A stretch of 63,902 nucleotides of DNA, counting the filler, from Welwitschia mirabilis (Eukaryota): NCBI GenBank assembly GCA_051453625.1. It is 7 parts of one record of this genome, joined end to end, with 100 filler letters (N's around TTAATTAATTAA, not from the genome) between each part and the next. Parts side by side here need not be neighbours in the genome. Positions count along the whole stretch, not along the records: positions 24,547 to 41,050 come from JBOZIK010000001.1; 6 more parts are not named here. One strand, written 5' to 3'. Under the pieces are notes generated by a model. That model was not told where the DNA came from, ran no database searches, and saw only the letters and a program-made list of their open reading frames with translations. Each line of letters begins with the position of its first letter. Position 1 is the stretch's first letter. A program made the position numbers and the translations under genes. Shown piece by piece: positions 27,443-39,289 of the stretch.

Positions 27443-28507
27443 TGTGGTGCATATTTATACAATGTTTATGTCTTAAGTTGAATCCTATTAATCACAAATA
27501 ATAATGCATAAACATAAGACACTAATATAGATGGGAGTTGACTTGAATGTCATAATTTGTCGAAGGCTAAAATAGGAAATAAGAGAGTTGCTTTCAAAAG
27601 AGAAATTCTTGTTTCCTAATCTATAGAAATAACTTGTAATGCATGAAAGAAAAGTAAAACACTCTTATGCAAAGCTAATTTAGAAAAATAAAATAGCAAT
27701 GCACTTAACCTAAACTAATCAAGCACAACCTTGACAAAGGTTACCCTTATAACCTATATCATAAAAGAAACTATCACTGAATCCTAAGCAACATAAGCTA
27801 TAAGGGAGAGAAACATTTACATATTGAAGCATAAAAAGGAAATGTTTTATATTAACAATTGAACTACATTCATGTTACAAAGTAGCCCTACCTTAATGGA
27901 GGAAACTTTGCCAACATTGAGAAAACATCTTTCTGGAACTACAAGATGGATCTCTAACCCTTTGATCTCCTGTCATGAGAATTTTAGGTGTAAATAAAGA
28001 CAAGTAAGAGTCTAGAATAAGATCTCTATTTATTGACTAAAACACATAATAACAAGAATAGAAAGGCAAGGCTAAAATTGTAATAGTCACACAAGGAGGA
28101 AACAGAAATACAAGTGGTAATAATTTGGTGAATGTTTAGTACAGACATTTGCCACCTCATAATTGATTCACATTAGCTACTAGTCAGACTTTAGTCAGCA
28201 TCTAATTGACATGGACATGCGTACAGTCATTCAGACGATGAGGTGGATGATAGACTTTAATAATTCTTTAGTCATTACATTATCCTCAATGCTTGTGGGA
28301 AGTTATCTTCAGAAATATAAAACGTTCATATTTGTTTAGAACACTTGTAAATTATTATGAAGATTACATATTTTCATCCTTTTCATCCTAGATCTCCATT
28401 ATCATGAAAAATAAGCATTTACTTATCTATTTATCTATAAAACAACTTAGAATACCCTATTAAATATGCATAAGTTAGTAGCACAACATAGCTCCCCCAC
28501 TTAGCCT
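27443..28507 (-). repeat. Athila-family 3' LTR (27443-28488) with PPT
   Basis: Minus strand AAGGCTAAGTGGGGGAGCTA then TGTTGTGC, ending TGCACCACA. Inserted in a 3' UTR-like sequence similar to 28790-29100. Confidence 0.78.
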
Positions 28508-28789
28508 TATCAATCCTTGATAAAACTAGGCAGTAAACCACATTTTTGAGTCAACTTATTAAACAATAAAACAACTAGAATATTAGAGGAAATTATCTTA
28601 GAAATATTTGTATAATATTTTAGAAATATAAAACTAACTTTTAAAATATCAAAAACACTAAACAAAACACCTATATAAGCTCAGCAGTNNNNNNNNNNNN
28701 NNNNNNNNNNNNNNNNNNNNNNNNNNNNNNNNNNNNNNNNNNNNNNNNNNNNNNNNNNNNNNNNNNNNNNNNNNNNNNNNNNNNNNNNA

Positions 28790-31734
28790 TGTTTTTTCTT
28801 ATTGTTCATCTCATTTATTCACCTTTGTCTTTATGAGTATATGGTTATGTGGGATTTATTTTGAATAAGCATGTGTTCAAAAAAAAAAAAAAGAAAGAAA
28901 GAAAGAAAGAAAAAAAAGAGAGAATAATGATCATTATCTATTGTTTCTGTGCTTAAATACATAGTCACCATGATGTCTTATCATACTAGGGTAAATTTTT
29001 CCAAAAAAAAAAAAAACCTTTAATAGTATTAGGAGTTGTTGAATCTCCACTGAGGGATTAGTTTACCATGCTTCATAGGTTCTTACTTCTTTGACTATGG
29101 TTTCACTTCCATCATCATGGATTAAAATAAAATATTTTAAGGCTATGAGATCAATGGTGTTTTTGGTGTTATTAGAGGAATTGCTTATTTTCTAGAATCA
29201 TTGTCCTTATGATATTCCTACATGCTCATTTCACTTTTAAGGATTTGAGTGTTTTTTATATTGTTAGCAAGTGAGTTCATTTCTAGTAACTTTTGATCTT
29301 ATTATTTATTATTTGAAAACATTAGTTACTTAGCATCATCATAATCATTGCTTATTTGAGTGATACTTTATAGAGTTTTTGCATTCTGTTATGTATCCTT
29401 CATCAAGTGATTTTATGATTTATTTCATGAGGATTTTCTAGGTTTGAATTTAGGGTAGGTACACAATACTATTCATATTCCTAAGTTATCCATTTCTGTT
29501 TTGTTTTCCTTATTTGTTTTCTTATTTATTTCAAAGTCTTTTCCATATTTTTTCATTATAAATGCTTAAGACTTAATTATTTATAATTTTTCTAGTTAAT
29601 TTTTGTTTTTTTATAATTTTTATTTTTAGAAGATAATTTTCATTTTACACATCAATTTTCTTTAGTTTATGATGATCATTTTTCCCATCTTTTTTGAGTA
29701 TTTGTTATTTAATTTTATTCTTTAGTTTTAATGCATGCAGTACTATTTTTCAATAATTATGAGTTCATGGAACATTTATCTTTCTTAGCTTGGTGCATTC
29801 ACCTTCTTTATCATGCCTTTGTTTATCATGATTCTTAGTCACTTTTTATCTCTTAGACTTTTTGCTACTTTTCTTAAACCTTTATGATATTCTCTGAGCT
29901 TAATGGATTTTGCTGATATTTCTAATTTTTTAATCTTTTGAAAGACCTTGTCCTTCTATCTATCATCTAGATGATAATGTGGATGACACATAGATATTTT
30001 TTAATAATCATCATTTTCATGTTTCATCTTTTTTAGATTAGATCTAACCCTTTTTTTCCTACATAGAATATTATTTCCAGCCTATCTGTATTGCTTATTT
30101 ATATTTAAACTTTAATATTAATATTTTTAATCTTAACTTAGTGCAATACAAGATGTATTAATTCATATATGGGAGGGATAAGACATATATTTTGAAATAT
30201 TTTAAGCAAATTTTAAATTTTTAAGGGTTATTTTTACATTTTCATGAGACATATCTATAATGCACTAATCTTATTTTGAATGCTTACTATTTGAGTGATA
30301 TACATTATATATATTTTTTATTAAATCATGTACTTAACAATAAAATACTTGCATTATATTTTTCTTTCAAGAATAATACAAGCAATTCATAAGATCCTAG
30401 ATGAAGGGAATAATGTTATGATTGATTATTTTATATATATATTTACCTTGTAGATTATTCTTATAAACTCAATTTTTGATCTATAAGTATTTTTTTTTTT
30501 TTGAGTTATTAATTATTTTGATAATACATGCATATCATTTATCTAAGTTATTATGGTTATACCTTTTGATGATTATGTTTGTTATAACATCCAATTTCTA
30601 TCTTTTTAATGTGCTAAATGTTTTAAGTAAAGGACTAATGCACAAGTAAGTATTTTTAACTTATTTTTTGATGAGTATGATCGCAAGTAATTAATTTTAC
30701 AGATTGATTTTTAAGTAGCTATCATCCCCACTATCATTCAGAAATAGTCTAGATGAATCATAGTCACTTCATCTGCCAAGGTAAAACATTTTTGTTTATT
30801 TAATTTTGTGATTTATTCCTGCATACTGAGATTTATGAATTTGAGTTACATATCCCTAGATAGGATTTTATCTTATCTATTTTGGCTCATAATTATAGTC
30901 ATTCACCAACTTTGTTAAGACTGATAAGGTTAAGTGGGAAACTATGTTGTGATGCCAAATTATATGTTTTTGAAGGGGTATTCTGAGTAGTCTTGTAGAA
31001 CATTTAGATAAGTTTAAGCACAAAATAATGATTATTCAGAGTTAAGAGAAAATCATAGAAATAAAAAATACCAATATTTTTTAAGTAATTTTGGATAAAT
31101 TCTAATACTTCATATTTTGAAAAGGAAATAATGAGATTCAAGCCTAATTCAAGTTAATAAAGAGTTTCAAGAAGCCTGTTGTCCTCTCCATCATCTATAT
31201 GACATACTAGGATGATACCACTTGCATGATGAATAGGATGCTGATTGGACTGACGTGAAGGATAAATATAAAACTCTGTTGATATGGCATCATCCCTACC
31301 CTCATCTAAATAATAGCTAGGATGACCATCTAACTTTAGCAATTGTACCAAACTCTACCAAACTTCTATAATATGTAATGCACTTTCTTGTGTGGCTATT
31401 ATAATTTTATCTATGCCTATTAGTCTTATTTGTTTGTGAGTCTATTTTTGTTAATAAATATCAACTCTGCCTTTAACTTTGATCATCTTTGTTATACCAT
31501 AAATTCTCATAACAAGAGATCGAAGGGCCAAAGATCTATTTGATAGTTGCAGAGAGGGGTCTTCCTTAGTATTGGGTTGTGTCTCCTTCATTAAGGTATT
31601 ACTGCTTTGTAACAGGATGTTGGTTTGACTTTTAATGGAAATATTCTTTTTGTTTTATTCATATTTGTGTGCATATCCCTCATGATTTATGTTACTTTTG
31701 ATTCCATAATAGCTTCATATTTGTGTGCATATCC
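28790..31734 (+). mobile_element. Athila-family 3' noncoding region, PPT and truncated LTR (from 30945)
   Basis: Similar to 100-840, 27120-27440 and 20413-21800. AAGGTTAAGTGGGAAACTA-TGTTGTG junction. LTR breaks off at the PLE-derived sequence. Confidence 0.7.
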
Positions 31735-32669
31735 ATCTAGTTGCAATAATACAACACTTAGACCATAAAAGCATAAAGAAATAGACTTAGTGATGAGATG
31801 TCAAAAATAGGAATGTTTTTATAGAAATAGATTGAATTTAGGATTTAGGATAATCCCAAGGCCTAAGAGTCTTGTTAAAGCTTAAAGACCAAGGGGATTT
31901 CCTTTATAACGTTCATCACTAATGCTATAAGACACCCTTCAATTTTAAATGCAAGCTTTTTCTATACCAATTTGCTAGTTCTTCTATAAAAATAATGCAA
32001 GTACTATAACCATATTTTGTATGGTTTTGTATAGTTATCATAATTTTTAAAAATTTTCAAGAAATAAATTTCTTAAAAACTTTTTGAAAAATACTGCATT
32101 GATTTTTACTTCTAACCCAAGAATTAATGTTTCTAATGCATGAAATAATGCTCCTATGCATGGAAAAATGCCTCTGCCAAAAAGATTAATATCTCTACCT
32201 CAAAACTGATACTTGAAATAAAGTCTCTACCAAAAAGATTAATGTCTCTGCCTCAAAACTAATACTTGAAATAATGTGTTTGCCACTTGGCATAAAGTAT
32301 CACTAGCTTGAATTAATGCCTTTGACTTCTCCATTAACATTGATGCTATCATGCTTAGCTAGCTGAGCATTGACCAAATATGTATGGATAAAGCTTGAGA
32401 CCTTATAAGTAATTGCATTAATGGCCCCATCGGTGATCGCATCTATGAGAGCATGGTCAGAGGCTGCAGAGTACATGGTAGGTGGCATGGAGGGTTAAGC
32501 TAGTCATGCCTGACTAAGGATGATTGCATAGGCAATAGGTGATGTGGATCACTAAATTGATAGCACAAGCTCAGATTACATTGGCTTCGTGTGAGGCTGT
32601 GTTGATGAACTAGAAGCAGAGAAGCCGAAGGCAAAAAGAGCACAAAAAAGCGCTAACTGACAAACCATG

Positions 32670-34831
32670 AAAAAGTTTAGTGATCGTAGAGTAGATAGAG
32701 CAAAAACAATTTAATTTTGGTGAAGTTGTCCTAAATCCACACCAGATGGCCCATAATCCCCTAAAGCACTCTTCATCTTCAACATATTATTTTTTCCACC
32801 ATTTATTTTATCATTTTTATTACCATTCAAAGTATTTTCAAATTGATCTTTTGCAAAATTATCAATATTGGAATCTGAAAAATATTCAACTTCATTTGAA
32901 AAATTTTTAGCTTTATAATTTGAAAAGATTTTTAGCTTTATAATTTGAAAAGGTTGAAATGTTACCTACTTCTTCATCCTGAAAACCTGCTCCAAATCTC
33001 ATGAAAATCAGTGGGGCTATGTGGGCAGTTGCGATGACGTGGGTAGCTATGTGGATGGCTGTGTTGATGACCATCGGCATGGCTATGTTGGCAGCCATCG
33101 ACACAGTTGGCAGGATTGGCAGTTGAACTACAGGAAATACGGTTGAACCTACGTTGAGCTGGCAGTGTAAGTCTATCATGGTAGCGTCTGTTTGCTACAA
33201 GCACAAGGTGGCGTCTGTTCGCTATCGAAAAAAGGTGGTGTTTGGTTGCTACGGGCGTAGGTCTAGCACAGGCACTGCTTACTAGGACGAGAACTGCAGG
33301 CGTACAAGCCAAGTAGGAGCTACTGTCACTATGGTTTATGGCTCTATCAGTGCGCTTGGGCTGGCACTACCGATTCTCATAGGCAGTTTTGCAGGAAACA
33401 AGCAGGCAGGAGAGGAGGAAGAGGTAGGCAAGTAGGAAGAAGCAGGGGAGCGCGAGGCAGAAGATGCAAAGAAAGAGTCACTAGAATGAGAGCACACAAA
33501 GAGAGAAGAAGACGCAGAGAAAGAAGAGCTGGAACGTGAGAAATCACAGGGCCGCGAATTTAGGTCGCGAGACTGCGGACACCGCAGATGTAAGCACAGT
33601 GAGCAGGACTACGGGTGCCGTGGATGTGCGTATAGGAAGTTGGACTATGGCCACTGCGGATTAAGCCAGACCTGCATGTATCTTCATGACCGAGAGCATG
33701 TTTGAATGTGCAGTTGTGATCACAAGTAGTGAGGAGCAACCAAAGAAGGATGAGGGGTAGGAGAAGGGCCGTGAATAGGGAAGGAATTATAGTCAAAACC
33801 CATGCCATTAGAGAAAATGTCGTCAGAAAGATCTGAAGCAACGGCATCAGAATTTATTTTTGCATTGGCGAGACTGACATGGATTAATGTTGTTTTCATG
33901 CTAATGGAGATCATTTGCAGTGTCATTCAAAATTGATTCAAGTTCATCATGTGGTATAATTTTTCCCAGAACCTTGTGAAGGATTTAGAGAATAGAATTC
34001 TCTATTGGCATGACGTCGACAAAATCTTGGGCCTCCGTCTTTCATTGTAGCGTGATTTTTTTGGCCTCCTTTTTTGCTTGTTATTTCATTAACCAATCGG
34101 CACGTATGGCCGAAACCTTAAAGTCAAAAGAATAGATAATGTATTACAATACTGTTTCTTTATCTAGGATCTCAGCTTCAGGAGAAGATATAAGCGAGTT
34201 GAGATTACCTTTAGTTTTTAAAATAAGATGATTTATTTTATTTTCGAAATCTTGAACACCAACAGTAAGAACATCAATATATGTAGTCATGAAATTTGAA
34301 TTATAGTGTTCTTAGATTTGAGTTGCCGTTTTGTAAAAAAGTAGAGCAAACTCCTTTCCAGAGAGTTTAATGGCTTCAAGAATATGCTCTGGTAGCTCTA
34401 ATAGTGGTTGTTTAGAAATCAAATCTTGAACTCAATCCTCCAAAAGTGTCTTCTCATTGACTAGAGCTTGAACACGATTTTTAGAATCCATGTTTTCATT
34501 ACCAAAAGAATCGATTTGAGAACAAAAATCATTTTTCTTAATATCCTTTTCATAAGTAAGAGAGGAAAACGCTTTACCAAGATTTGTAACTTGTTCCGAG
34601 TTATCTAAAGGCATGTTTGCTATGATCTCTCTCTTTTGACTGATTTGCACATTGTAATAAAAATTCTTCAATTTGAATTCTACTTTCCTTGTAAATATTT
34701 GACTTTCATAAAGTGGGAATGAGATCATTAACCTTCCTAGAGATAGATCTTGCATGAAGAGATGACGATGCAAGTTGCCTGAAAGGGGACAAAGTTGGCA
34801 TTTCATTAGCAGGATCTAAAGTTCTGACCAT
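32670..34831 (-). pseudogene. PLE ORF1 relic (Cys/His N-terminus, probable coiled coil, Ser/Pro/Arg low-complexity region, conserved Trp/Cys block)
   Basis: ATG at 34831 just after the pseudo-LTR: MVRTLDPA/MKCQLCPLSGNLHRH...KNRVQALVNEKTLLED*VQDLIS...AKKEAKK...FRGLWAIWCGFRTTSPKLNCFCSI. A homologous ATG and N-terminus occur at 46082 (+). Confidence 0.65.
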
Positions 34832-34967
34832 TGTGACAAGAAGAAACTTAGGTTTAGGTTAAACGTAGGAAGCAATCGCTGGTTGCTAGAAAACTCTAAG
34901 AAAGAACAGAAGGAAATTTACAAGGAGAAAAAAAAATTCTAAAAAACAAGTATTCATTAGCAAAGAA

Positions 34968-35017
34968 ATAACAAAAATGCTTTCAGAGGAATTTCACCTC
35001 CCTATCAGTTGTCTTGG
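34968..35017 (-). ncRNA. Hammerhead ribozyme motif, copy A (degenerate)
   Basis: Sense strand: gacaa CTGATAG GGAGG tgaaatt CCTCT GAAA gcat TT ttgtt. Confidence 0.65.
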
Positions 35018-35099
35018 ACTTGCTTACAAATGAATGAAAAAGAGCATCAAAGCTGTAGTTTATATAAGATGGGTGAGTGGGGCTACACCTCTTAAAATT

Positions 35100-35592
35100 A
35101 AATAAAAAGAGGTATTTTATTAAAAAATAAGGTTTTATTAAAAAAGGGGTATTTTATTAAAAAAAGTGGATATTTTATTAAAAGGAGTATTTTATTAAAA
35201 GGCTTATCTTATTTTGAAAAAAAGGGGGTATTTTATTAAAATAAATGGGGTTTTTTATTTAGAAAAGGGGTATTTTAATTAAAAAAAGGGTCTTTTATAA
35301 AAAGGGTATTTTATTTTAAAAAAGGGGTATTTTATTTAAAAAAGGGGTATTTTATTTAAAAATAGATGCATTTTATTTTAAAAAGGGGTATTTTATTTAA
35401 AAAGTTGTATTTTATTTAAAAAAGGGTATTTTATTTAAAAAGGGTTATTTTATTAAAAAATAAAAGGGTATTTTATTAAAAAAGGGGTATTTTATTAAAA
35501 AATAAAAGGGGTATTTTATTAAAAACAATAAAAGGAGTCTTTTATTAAAAAGGGGGTATTTTATTAAAATAAAAGGGGTATTTTATTAAAAA
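35100..35592. repeat. About 20-bp AT-rich minisatellite expanded inside pseudo-LTR A
   Basis: More than 20 copies of about AAAAGGGGTATTTTATT(T)A. Only one unit at the matching position of pseudo-LTR B (36128-36155). Confidence 0.9.
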
Positions 35593-35785
35593 ACATCACC
35601 CATTTGATTGCTAGGTTGTAACACTTAACCCCATGAATTACAATGATAACATTACCAATTGTCTCAGAAATGGAAATGAGTCCTACATAAGTAAGAGTTT
35701 AGTGGATGTGAACTCCTTAGCTAAGTAATCGGTCTCGTGATGGCATGTCGTAAATAGGAATGTTTCTATAGGAATAGTTGGAATT

Positions 35786-35901
35786 TAGGATTCAGGGTTT
35801 AGGGTTTAAGATTTAGTTTAAAGTTAGGTTTAGGTTAAACTTAGGTTAGACTTAGGTTTAGGTTAAACTTGGGTTTAGGTTAAACTTAGGTTAATCTTAG
35901 G
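35786..35901 (+). repeat. Degenerate telomere-like tract (TTTAGGG/TTAGGT variants) between two pseudo-LTRs
   Basis: TTCAGGGTTTAGGGTTTAAG followed by repeated TTAGGTTTAGGTTAAAC. Confidence 0.75.
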
Positions 35902-36357
35902 AAATGGTCATTAGCTACTAGAAAACTCTAGGAAAAAATGGAAGGAGATTTACAAGGACAAAAAGATGCTTAAAAATAAATATTCATTAGTAAAGAAGTA
36001 AGAGAAGCACTTTTAGAGGAATTACACCTCCTCATCATCTGTCTTGGTTACAAATGAATGAAATGAACTAAGCATAAGAGTTGTGGTTTATATAGGATGG
36101 GTGGATGGGGCTATACCTGTTAAAATTAAATAAAAGGAGGTTTTTATTAAAAATACCATCCACTCCATTTGCTACGTTACAATACTTTAACCACATGAAT
36201 TACAATGATAACATTACTAATTGTTTTGAAAATGAAAATGAGTCCTACATAAGTAAGTAAGATCTTAGTGGATGTGGATTCCTTTAGCAAGTAACCGATC
36301 TCGTGATGGCACATTATAAATGGGAATGTTTCTGCAAAAATAGTTAGAATTTAGGAT
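35900..36357 (-). repeat. 3' pseudo-LTR (copy B) of the RT-bearing PLE
   Basis: Direct repeat of 34845-35793. Homologous to 45622-46066 and 48707-49095. Overlaps the last RT codons. No TG...CA ends, PBS or PPT. Confidence 0.8.
35999..36047 (-). ncRNA. Hammerhead ribozyme motif, copy B (degenerate)
   Basis: Sense strand: gacag ATGATGA GGAGG tgtaatt CCTCT AAAA gtgc TT ctctt. Confidence 0.6.
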
Positions 36358-37675
36358 TGAGGATATCCCCAAGCCCTAAGTTCCTTATCAAAGGAGAATA
36401 ATTAAGCTTGATGATCAAGGGGATTTCCTTCTTATTAATTCCACCACAAGTGCAAAGAAGCCTTAAACGGATCATCGATGAAACCTATGAGAAGCACAGC
36501 ATGAGAAAATAAGTAGGATAGCCTCATGTAGATAATCGCTAAAAGAACAAATGTTTATAAAGAGCAAATTGTCCTAAAGAGGACTTCCAAATAAGAAATC
36601 TTGTGAGCTCTCCTCTAATGAATGCTTTCTTCTAATGCGGTGGGTGGCATGACTGGAAGGAAATATATTGAAATGCATTAAGAGGCTTTTAATAATAGCT
36701 AGTGGAAAGAATTCCATTAGTAGGGAAACATGGGTTCTTAAAGATGGTTAAATCAAGGAAGCCTATTGTTTTATCAGAAACAACATGAGAAATGCAAATG
36801 TGGTTATACATAACACCATGACAAATATCAAAGGTATCATCAATATAGTGGTAGCATAAGATGAGATGCTAAGAAAAAATTGGTAATATTTTGTCTTCCA
36901 AATCATAAAGAAAATAATAGGCATAGATGACCACAAAGTTGCTACCCATTGGTATGCCACAAATTTATCTGTAAAAGGAACCATTAAATTCTAAATAAGG
37001 CTAAAGAAGAATGAGATGTATTAATGCCTTAATTACTTCAATAAATCTTTCATGATTTTTATTAGGAAGAGGATACTTTCTGAAATATCAAAACATATTC
37101 TTGTTTAAAGAATTCAAGACATTATGATTGGGAATGCTAGGATATAGGGACTCAACATCAAAAGTTAAAAAAAATGATGTTAAGGAAAAGTTTTAAGTTA
37201 GAGAGAGAATGAATGAGGGGGAGAGGGAATCGAAGAGATAATTTGGATGGTTTTTAAGGATGGGAAATAGGAGAACATGAAGAACTTTGGAGGCTAGTTC
37301 TAGGATGTAACATTTGTAGGAGCAAATTAGGCATTCTACTAAGGTAGGATTTTTGGTAAGAGGTAGAAGGTACAAGGGTTTCTTTTGAAATGAGAGTTTG
37401 GGTGATGAATTTTGAGTAGGGTTGTAAAATATCTGAGAAATAGGTTATGATAGCTTAAAGCTTAGAGTGGATCAAAAACCAAGGCACCTCATCAACCTTC
37501 TCATAAACATCATGATCATTAAGCTACTAGAGATCTTCATTCAAATACTAAATGACATCAAAACATAGATTTCCAAGTTTTTATTCGATGGTTTGATAAT
37601 GATGCTTGAATCTCATCTCAAATTTTTTAAGGCTGAAAGAAGATGAGGTAAAAGCATCCATTTGTTAGAAAAAAT
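36225..37675 (-). pseudogene. Penelope-like reverse transcriptase, decayed, with no C-terminal GIY-YIG endonuclease
   Basis: Motifs in order: IIKPSNKNL; FYLLPK; FLTFDVESLYPSIP (A); EFNGSFYR*ICGIPMGS (B); YHYIDDTF (C); FLDLTI (E); Y*KPLNAFQYISFQSCHP; FIRGELTR; RLST*GYP; RNPHPLRSY, then UTR. Confidence 0.92.
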
Positions 37676-37681
37676 CACCAC

Positions 37682-38367
37682 TGCAGTGTGAATTTATGCA
37701 ATCCTTAAGTCCTTTTAGCAAATCTTGTAAATCACAATACTTACAGAAAACACACACTAGTATAGACAAGAGTCAACCCAAATGTCATAATCCATTGAAG
37801 GCACTATGCTAAAAGTTAGAGAATTTATTTCATAAAGTATTTTAGTCTTTTATCTTTTAGTAAAAAATATAAAATTAAAAAAAAATGCAATGTAATGCAA
37901 AATCAAGATGATGAAGTGAAATGGATTAAATGCAAGTGTAATGAATTCTATTTGGATTCCAATACTCTTATCATAAGAATTAGTTCTTACAACTTAGATC
38001 AATTAGGAAGAGTTCATCACTTATTCTTAACCAACATAAACTATAATATATGCCAAACAGAATATAGATAGTACAAATATGGACATGAAATAAAATAAAG
38101 TACAATGCAAAATCTAAACTAACAAAGTTAATCTTAACAAAGATTACCCTTATGATCTAAATAAATTTATGAGCTATTACCAAATTACAATCAACTTAAA
38201 TCATAAGGGACATTTACACAATAGGATTAAAAAGCGTAATTGAATTAATCATCAACTTTACATCCAATTATAATAAAGTAGCAGCACCTCAATGGAGGAT
38301 ACTTAGTCTAATACCAAGGTAAATGTCTCTTTGTAGCTACTAGATGGACTTGTTATTCTTTAATATT
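37682..38367 (-). repeat. Athila-family LTR 3' end interrupting the PLE RT
   Basis: TGCAGTGTGAATTTATGCAAT is the reverse complement of the family LTR end; body resembles 27443-27960. Confidence 0.7.
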
Positions 38368-39289
38368 NNNNNNNNNNNNNNNNNNNNNNNNNNNNNNNNN
38401 NNNNNNNNNNNNNNNNNNNNNNNNNNNNNNNNNNNNNNNNNNNNNNNNNNNNNNNNNNNNNNNNNNNNNNNNNNNNNNNNNNNNNNNNNNNNNNNNNNNN
38501 NNNNNNNNNNNNNNNNNNNNNNNNNNNNNNNNNNNNNNNNNNNNNNNNNNNNNNNNNNNNNNNNNNNNNNNNNNNNNNNNNNNNNNNNNNNNNNNNNNNN
38601 NNNNNNNNNNNNNNNNNNNNNNNNNNNNNNNNNNNNNNNNNNNNNNNNNNNNNNNNNNNNNNNNNNNNNNNNNNNNNNNNNNNNNNNNNNNNNNNNNNNN
38701 NNNNNNNNNNNNNNNNNNNNNNNNNNNNNNNNNNNNNNNNNNNNNNNNNNNNNNNNNNNNNNNNNNNNNNNNNNNNNNNNNNNNNNNNNNNNNNNNNNNN
38801 NNNNNNNNNNNNNNNNNNNNNNNNNNNNNNNNNNNNNNNNNNNNNNNNNNNNNNNNNNNNNNNNNNNNNNNNNNNNNNNNNNNNNNNNNNNNNNNNNNNN
38901 NNNNNNNNNNNNNNNNNNNNNNNNNNNNNNNNNNNNNNNNNNNNNNNNNNNNNNNNNNNNNNNNNNNNNNNNNNNNNNNNNNNNNNNNNNNNNNNNNNNN
39001 NNNNNNNNNNNNNNNNNNNNNNNNNNNNNNNNNNNNNNNNNNNNNNNNNNNNNNNNNNNNNNNNNNNNNNNNNNNNNNNNNNNNNNNNNNNNNNNNACAC
39101 TCACAGAATTTTCTTATAGTGATGTTTTAGATTATCTAAAGGGAAAGTAATGTAATATTTACTATTGTACTTTGCCCTTGTAGAATACATTAATGAACTT
39201 TTCATGCATCATTCTTAAGATTATTACTACTTAGGTTTTACACATCAGTTTTAATATCACTGTCTCACATTATGCATACACATTATCAT

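Larger units (their letters stand above)
31731..35793 (-). mobile_element. Non-autonomous Penelope-like element: 5' pseudo-LTR, ORF1 relic, no RT core, truncated 3' pseudo-LTR
   Basis: 35793-34845 repeats 36357-35900. 33560-32670 is homologous to 39300-40230, upstream of the RT. 32645-31731 is the reverse complement of 47935-48820. Confidence 0.8.

Noticed and set aside
35100-35592. CRISPR-like array (also 60502-60788)
   Set aside because: No unique spacers, degenerate units, eukaryotic context, no cas genes.
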